IMG/VR virus record: IMGVR_UViG_3300001380_000281
Span: 1-27,396 of that record
DNA from: a virus
Lineage: Duplodnaviria; Caudoviricetes
Strand: one strand, 5' to 3'
Length of the DNA: 27,396 nucleotides
Shown piece after piece: positions 24,601 to 27,396 of the stretch (its first letter is position 1; each line of letters opens with the position of its first letter). Under the pieces are notes generated by a model. It ran no database searches. It had not been told where the DNA came from and saw only the letters and a program-made list of their open reading frames with translations. A program made the position numbers and the translations under genes.

Positions 24601-25167
24601 ATTCGTGGTAACAGTGTTGCTTAAAGCCCCATTTATAACTTCATATCCTGATACAATAAATGTAACGGCGTAGTAATGCGCCCCGGCTGTTACGGATCCG
24701 CCTGAATCAGTTACTAACGCAGTCTTGCATGAGCCAAGCTCCCAGGCTACAACGCCATCAGTTTGAATAATATTATCCTGGCCTGTGGAAACTATACAGA
24801 GGTCTTCATAGGTAACCGCCGAGAAGCGATACCCGCTCGAAGATGAAAATGTATGGATCGTTGAGAACGTGCCATTTGAATCGTTTCCTACGCGAAGATT
24901 ATTGCCGTTTATTTGAATAAGATATTGGCTGCCTGTAGTTGTGTAATATCTGTATATAGACTGAATGGGATCGGAATCCGCGGACGCATTATAATAGGCT
25001 ATCGTACTTCGCTTAGTAACGCTACCCACCTCAACATTAAAACGGCAATTCTGCGCTATATCTCCCCTGTTGGTAAGGGACAAGTCTTTCGTAGCGGTAT
25101 CCTGACCCTCAAAGTTTTTTATGAAAAATACGTCTTCCGGTTTTCGTAATCCCTGATAGCTGCCCAT
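21673..25167 (-). CDS. Tail nozzle / tubular protein B-like protein with large inserted domains
   Basis: N-terminal NFEG..AQNCRF..GSVTKR, beta-propeller-like repeats (RLFV..IYYSE, DEITGI..IFKQNSI, GCPSPYSIV), C-terminal YRTGYRNF..DKLFRKI..GRAIRFQ. Directly follows the adaptor gene. Confidence 0.75.
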   Translation of the reverse strand: MGSYQGLRKPEDVFFIKNFEGQDTATKDLSLTNRGDIAQNCRFNVEVGSVTKRSTIAYYNASADSDPIQSIYRYYTTTGSQYLIQINGNNLRVGNDSNGTFSTIHTFSSSSGYRFSAVTYEDLCIVSTGQDNIIQTDGVVAWELGSCKTALVTDSGGSVTAGAHYYAVTFIVSGYEVINGALSNTVTTNASHTKVSLSHIPLGPTGTTARKIYRTAAGGATLKLLATISDNSTMTYTDNIADGSLGATMAAVNNDMPKGALLHLEQERLFVTCDPNWPNTIYYSEQYLPHYIPTASTDLSTVEATDAYDIIGGGDNDEITGIANYLGVTHIFKQNSIRPYYVSGTPDTWTLGNIVSTQGCPSPYSIVTTPYGIVYEGWDYFYIYNGNFSMPYITEFSIRNNILAARLPLTAAIYHQGMYIAAYTDANLGHQYHDRVLIYDMVNKQMSIDKGGPRSGGYVNISCFASAMGGTDEGQLFAGDSLTGYVYKYDRRPDVVNYRSKTDFDTGTYGDASVIGSETSPILTRETIDGMEYSTNDDSRAAWSTSQTTASKKVPPDLGTGVDGAKIVSSDETLTSGVYNYTSLTIDSGKILTVPGDAMIKCLGTITINGSITISGTGVTDIYAYIITIGAAGALNGLAHFRANTINNSGTLEQLVGSVPGASYDRYQGGGNLSDSRTTQTSFSSSSIAKIVYSLYAYGYTDGYSSAPNSGGSASVELQQNGTWSTIYSASDGGGGSGHGVSLSGTGTGAWTGTTAIRANISSYASADHDVRVIGAISQVQAYTLPICDYLNSTGTVPASTDTSDYVNLLECFSEDNVYNHGAYSLKIVCPPGADTLNQYFAKTVSAMDLSASTHDKILIDVYSLRTGANFQFGMGESAGTDNLVNVPIASSNTWETVALDFSGVPDANKNAIIKFAIKLTNTDSGNVVYIDNIRIGLPIATWTSPVLHITADQLGNMYWNEYLGAHGDVGVYTRNASTDVLCQAASWSLALTNPAGSPIVSTGGSTDPNDLKYFQFKVEMTSTDAPDYAEFPYIYYANSYVVKFDYYKVQTNAETTVEMIYRTGYRNFDLPLQDKLFRKIVSIHEKAGIGPAGYLDLSYDIDDGDGTSYAFAGIDLSAYPHRWESFFPDTAFGRAIRFQWYKNDIYDFKIKQLGVVMTSEPII

Positions 25168-25850
25168 TAGACATTCCTATAATTTTGCATCACTATCTCT
25201 TCGTCTTCTTTGTTGGTTTTCTCGATCAAGTAAGCTTTGATCTTATCGAAGTATTTTGACCAGTGGTCGTTGGCGAGATCCCCATATCCCCTCGATTCGA
25301 AACCCGTGGCCACAACCCAATCTATTACCGCTGGATGCAGCAGTCCCGCGAGATCGAGATCCGGAATACTCGAATCACTCGACATCACAGTCGGCTTAGA
25401 ACAATAATCGACTCTTGCGTAATTCGTCCCGGCGCATACAGCGTATGGTTTCGGGTAAAACTCGAACATATCTTCGTCCATATCTTCTATGTATAAGAAG
25501 GGCTGGGAAGCCGACGTGTTGGGCCAGTCCGGATATTGGACATTAAGGGATTCTTCGGAAATATAATCGACCTTATGCCATTTGGCATCTATTGAATCGT
25601 AAATCCAAACTTTCCCTAGTATACGCAAGCAGTTGGGGAGTATCGCGGATACGGCATAGCGCGCGGTGTTTGCCAAAGTCGTAAACATTCCTTGAGTCTT
25701 CTTAAGCTTCGCCCTCCAGACGATGTCCTTCTGGGCATCTTCCATCCAGCCGTTGATCTCGGCGTCCGTCCAGAAGACCCCTGTCGTCTCGCCAAGTTTC
25801 TTACGAGATCTCTGCCTTATATCCGCTCTAGTCATAGTTATAGGTCCCAC
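25167..25850 (-). CDS. Head-tail adaptor / tail tubular protein A-like
   Basis: MTRADIRQRSRKKLGE..FWTDAEINGWMEDAQ..FYPKP..P.L..LHPAVIDWV pattern. The start is probably within MGPITMTR. Confidence 0.8.
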   Translation of the reverse strand: MGPITMTRADIRQRSRKKLGETTGVFWTDAEINGWMEDAQKDIVWRAKLKKTQGMFTTLANTARYAVSAILPNCLRILGKVWIYDSIDAKWHKVDYISEESLNVQYPDWPNTSASQPFLYIEDMDEDMFEFYPKPYAVCAGTNYARVDYCSKPTVMSSDSSIPDLDLAGLLHPAVIDWVVATGFESRGYGDLANDHWSKYFDKIKAYLIEKTNKEDEEIVMQNYRNV

Positions 25851-26106
25851 AAAATGGACAGCCTAATACCGACGAAGTGTCCGCTCCGTTATAAATGGTT
25901 ACTCCTTCCCGCACAAAACTTGTCGCCGCAGCACGGGTGTTGCCCTCCCCTACGCCCTTCACATGCCTTTTCTTATTCATTGGAAACCCACACTTCTTAC
26001 ACCTGATATATGAGTTTTCAGGATAGCTTCCATCGTTACGGTTCCTGCCATGTGTCGTAACATCACAATCGATGGCCTGACCATATTTATCCGGGTGAAG
26101 GTTCAT
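25828..26106 (-). CDS. Zinc-ribbon protein in the structural region
   Basis: IRCKKCGF ... GCPFCGT. GAGGTG RBS. Confidence 0.65.
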   Translation of the reverse strand: MNLHPDKYGQAIDCDVTTHGRNRNDGSYPENSYIRCKKCGFPMNKKRHVKGVGEGNTRAAATSFVREGVTIYNGADTSSVLGCPFCGTYNYD

Positions 26107-26110
26107 GTTC

Positions 26111-26386
26111 TCACCTCAAAAGGCCGGCTATCCATTTGATTACTTCAGGAGCAGCATTACCGACCAAAGCGCCGATCACTCCTGATGCCAGACCTATCTT
26201 CCAGATGCCTGACCGCAGAACTTTAACTTCCTGCTCCAGAATAACCAACCTGTCGCGCCATCCGCCTGGCCCCTCTCCTTCGGTAACGTGATTACAGACT
26301 TTGTCCTTTATATACTTAATATCTGTTTTTATTACTGCTATATCCGCTACAAAGGTTATGTGGTAATCACAAACTTCACTTGCCAT
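26111..26386 (-). CDS. Coiled-coil plus C-terminal TM protein (holin/XhlA-like)
   Basis: Start moved to MASEV (AAGGA upstream). DIAVIKTDIKYIK..DRLVILEQ followed by IWKIGLASGVIGALVG. Confidence 0.6.
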   Translation of the reverse strand: MASEVCDYHITFVADIAVIKTDIKYIKDKVCNHVTEGEGPGGWRDRLVILEQEVKVLRSGIWKIGLASGVIGALVGNAAPEVIKWIAGLLR

Positions 26387-26552
26387 CTTCTTTTTCCTTC
26401 TTAGGCTCCTGTGGCTCTTGCGCCTTGGCAAGCTCCTGCGCTATCTTTGCCTTTACCTCACCTATCTTCCCGTTGCTAGGGATCATTAAAGTCCCTAATA
26501 TCTCCGCCTGAACCATCAGACGGCCAAGTTCCGCATATAACTTTTCCAACAT
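26376..26552 (-). CDS. 58-aa coiled-coil protein (absent from the ORF track)
   Basis: GGGAGG RBS. MLEKLYAELGRLMVQAEILGTLMIPSNGKIGEVKAKIAQELAKAQEPQEPKKEKEDGK*. Confidence 0.7.
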   Translation of the reverse strand: MLEKLYAELGRLMVQAEILGTLMIPSNGKIGEVKAKIAQELAKAQEPQEPKKEKEDGK

Positions 26553-26574
26553 GCAACACCCCTCCCTTCGTTTC

Positions 26575-27396
26575 TTATATCGAACTTACGGCTAATTTAT
26601 ATGTCGTTCCATTTAGCCTAACCCTGATCTCGTCCAAATCGGTCCTATGCCATATATCTCCATCAGTTAGAGAGCCAGGATCTGACGTCGAGCCACTAAG
26701 AGAAAGCGTCATGTCTATCTTAAAACCGAGAATGTTTGAATCCTGGCCCGAAAGATGGAAGTAGTCGTCGCCATCATCTACCGCAAACTTGACGTATTTA
26801 ACTGCGCTTGCGGCGGTGATATAATTATATATTTTTATATTGGGACTTTTACCGCTACCTATCTGATCGAAGAAAAGGGCACTATCGCTGCCGGTCAGTC
26901 CTCCTGGGAGGATTTCAAGTCCACCGAAATTCTGCATCAATACTTCAGCGCCTGCCGACTGCCAATAATCAGATCGTATGGTGCTGATGTAGCCGTATGA
27001 CACGTTATATATAGTCTTATTGTTGAAATATACGTTGCTATATATATTGACAGCGCCAGATGTCCCGCTACCGGTCGCAGTTCCGGCGGTCAGATTGATG
27101 TTACCGCCATTTTTGTTAGTTCCTACACCGTTTGCAGCGGTTATTACGATATCTCCACCATTCGCAGTTGTTCCCGCTTCTGTTTGTATAACAACTCGGC
27201 CCGAATGCGAATAGTCCATGCCGTTATAATTGCCGCGCCGACCGGATAAAGTAAGATCCCCTGCACTGGTCATAGTCGGAGGATAGCCAGGTTGTATAGT
27301 CAACGCTCCTCCTGTCACGGCTTGATTGTGTTTTACAGTAAGCAGTACCGATCCGATGTTGGCGAAGATGCTCAAGCCCGTATAACCGGACCAGCT
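26575..27396 (-). CDS. Tail fibre-like protein, 5'-truncated by the window edge
   Basis: Gly-rich repeats GGALTIQPG / AGDLTLSG / GGDIVITAA / GGNINLTAG. C-terminal DPGSLTDGDIWHRTD..VRLNGTT. The frame stays open to the window end. Confidence 0.75.
   Translation of the reverse strand, partial: SWSGYTGLSIFANIGSVLLTVKHNQAVTGGALTIQPGYPPTMTSAGDLTLSGRRGNYNGMDYSHSGRVVIQTEAGTTANGGDIVITAANGVGTNKNGGNINLTAGTATGSGTSGAVNIYSNVYFNNKTIYNVSYGYISTIRSDYWQSAGAEVLMQNFGGLEILPGGLTGSDSALFFDQIGSGKSPNIKIYNYITAASAVKYVKFAVDDGDDYFHLSGQDSNILGFKIDMTLSLSGSTSDPGSLTDGDIWHRTDLDEIRVRLNGTTYKLAVSSI

Larger units (their letters stand above)
3600..27396 (-). mobile_element. Podovirus-like phage/prophage segment (late tail genes followed by early genes)
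   Basis: Adaptor-nozzle-ejection gene order, no tape-measure or sheath gene, phage recombination and replication modules, co-oriented tightly packed ORFs. Confidence 0.9.

Noticed and set aside
1032-27214. Numerous plus-strand ORFs of 60-155 aa
   Set aside because: All lie antisense to well-supported minus-strand genes or the hairpin block, with shadow-like composition and no recognisable motifs. Only 3334-3603 is accepted.
21673-27396. Diversity-generating retroelement or invertible tail-fibre cassette
   Set aside because: No reverse transcriptase, no template/variable repeat pair and no inverted duplicate fibre ends were seen in the window.

Overview
The window is part of a tailed, podovirus-like phage or prophage, read almost entirely on the minus strand. 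From right to left it carries: a tail-fibre-like gene, a holin-like gene, head-tail adaptor, a 1164-aa nozzle-like protein, three ejection/internal-virion-like proteins (344, 204 and 1773 aa) and two small membrane proteins. A structured intergenic promoter region (13409-13624) follows, then an early regulatory cluster: an RHH-like protein, a stand-alone response regulator, three tandem paralogues with different N-terminal modules, and two small paralogues each followed by RNA hairpins. A run of terminator-like hairpins precedes a recombination/replication block (Cas4/RecB-like nuclease, Sak4-like ATPase, SSB-like protein, GroES, replication initiator with iterons, HNH-like protein, resolvase-like protein). 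The left end is a distinct module: XRE repressor, divergent promoters with palindromic operators, a primase/P-loop protein with degenerate catalytic motifs, an ACAAGGT repeat cluster and an intact tyrosine recombinase. The best candidate for a new system is 9580-10415, where two small paralogous genes are each followed by alternative-folding RNA and together gate four intrinsic terminators, suggesting a protein-plus-RNA antitermination switch. All protein calls come from motif reading, not database searches.
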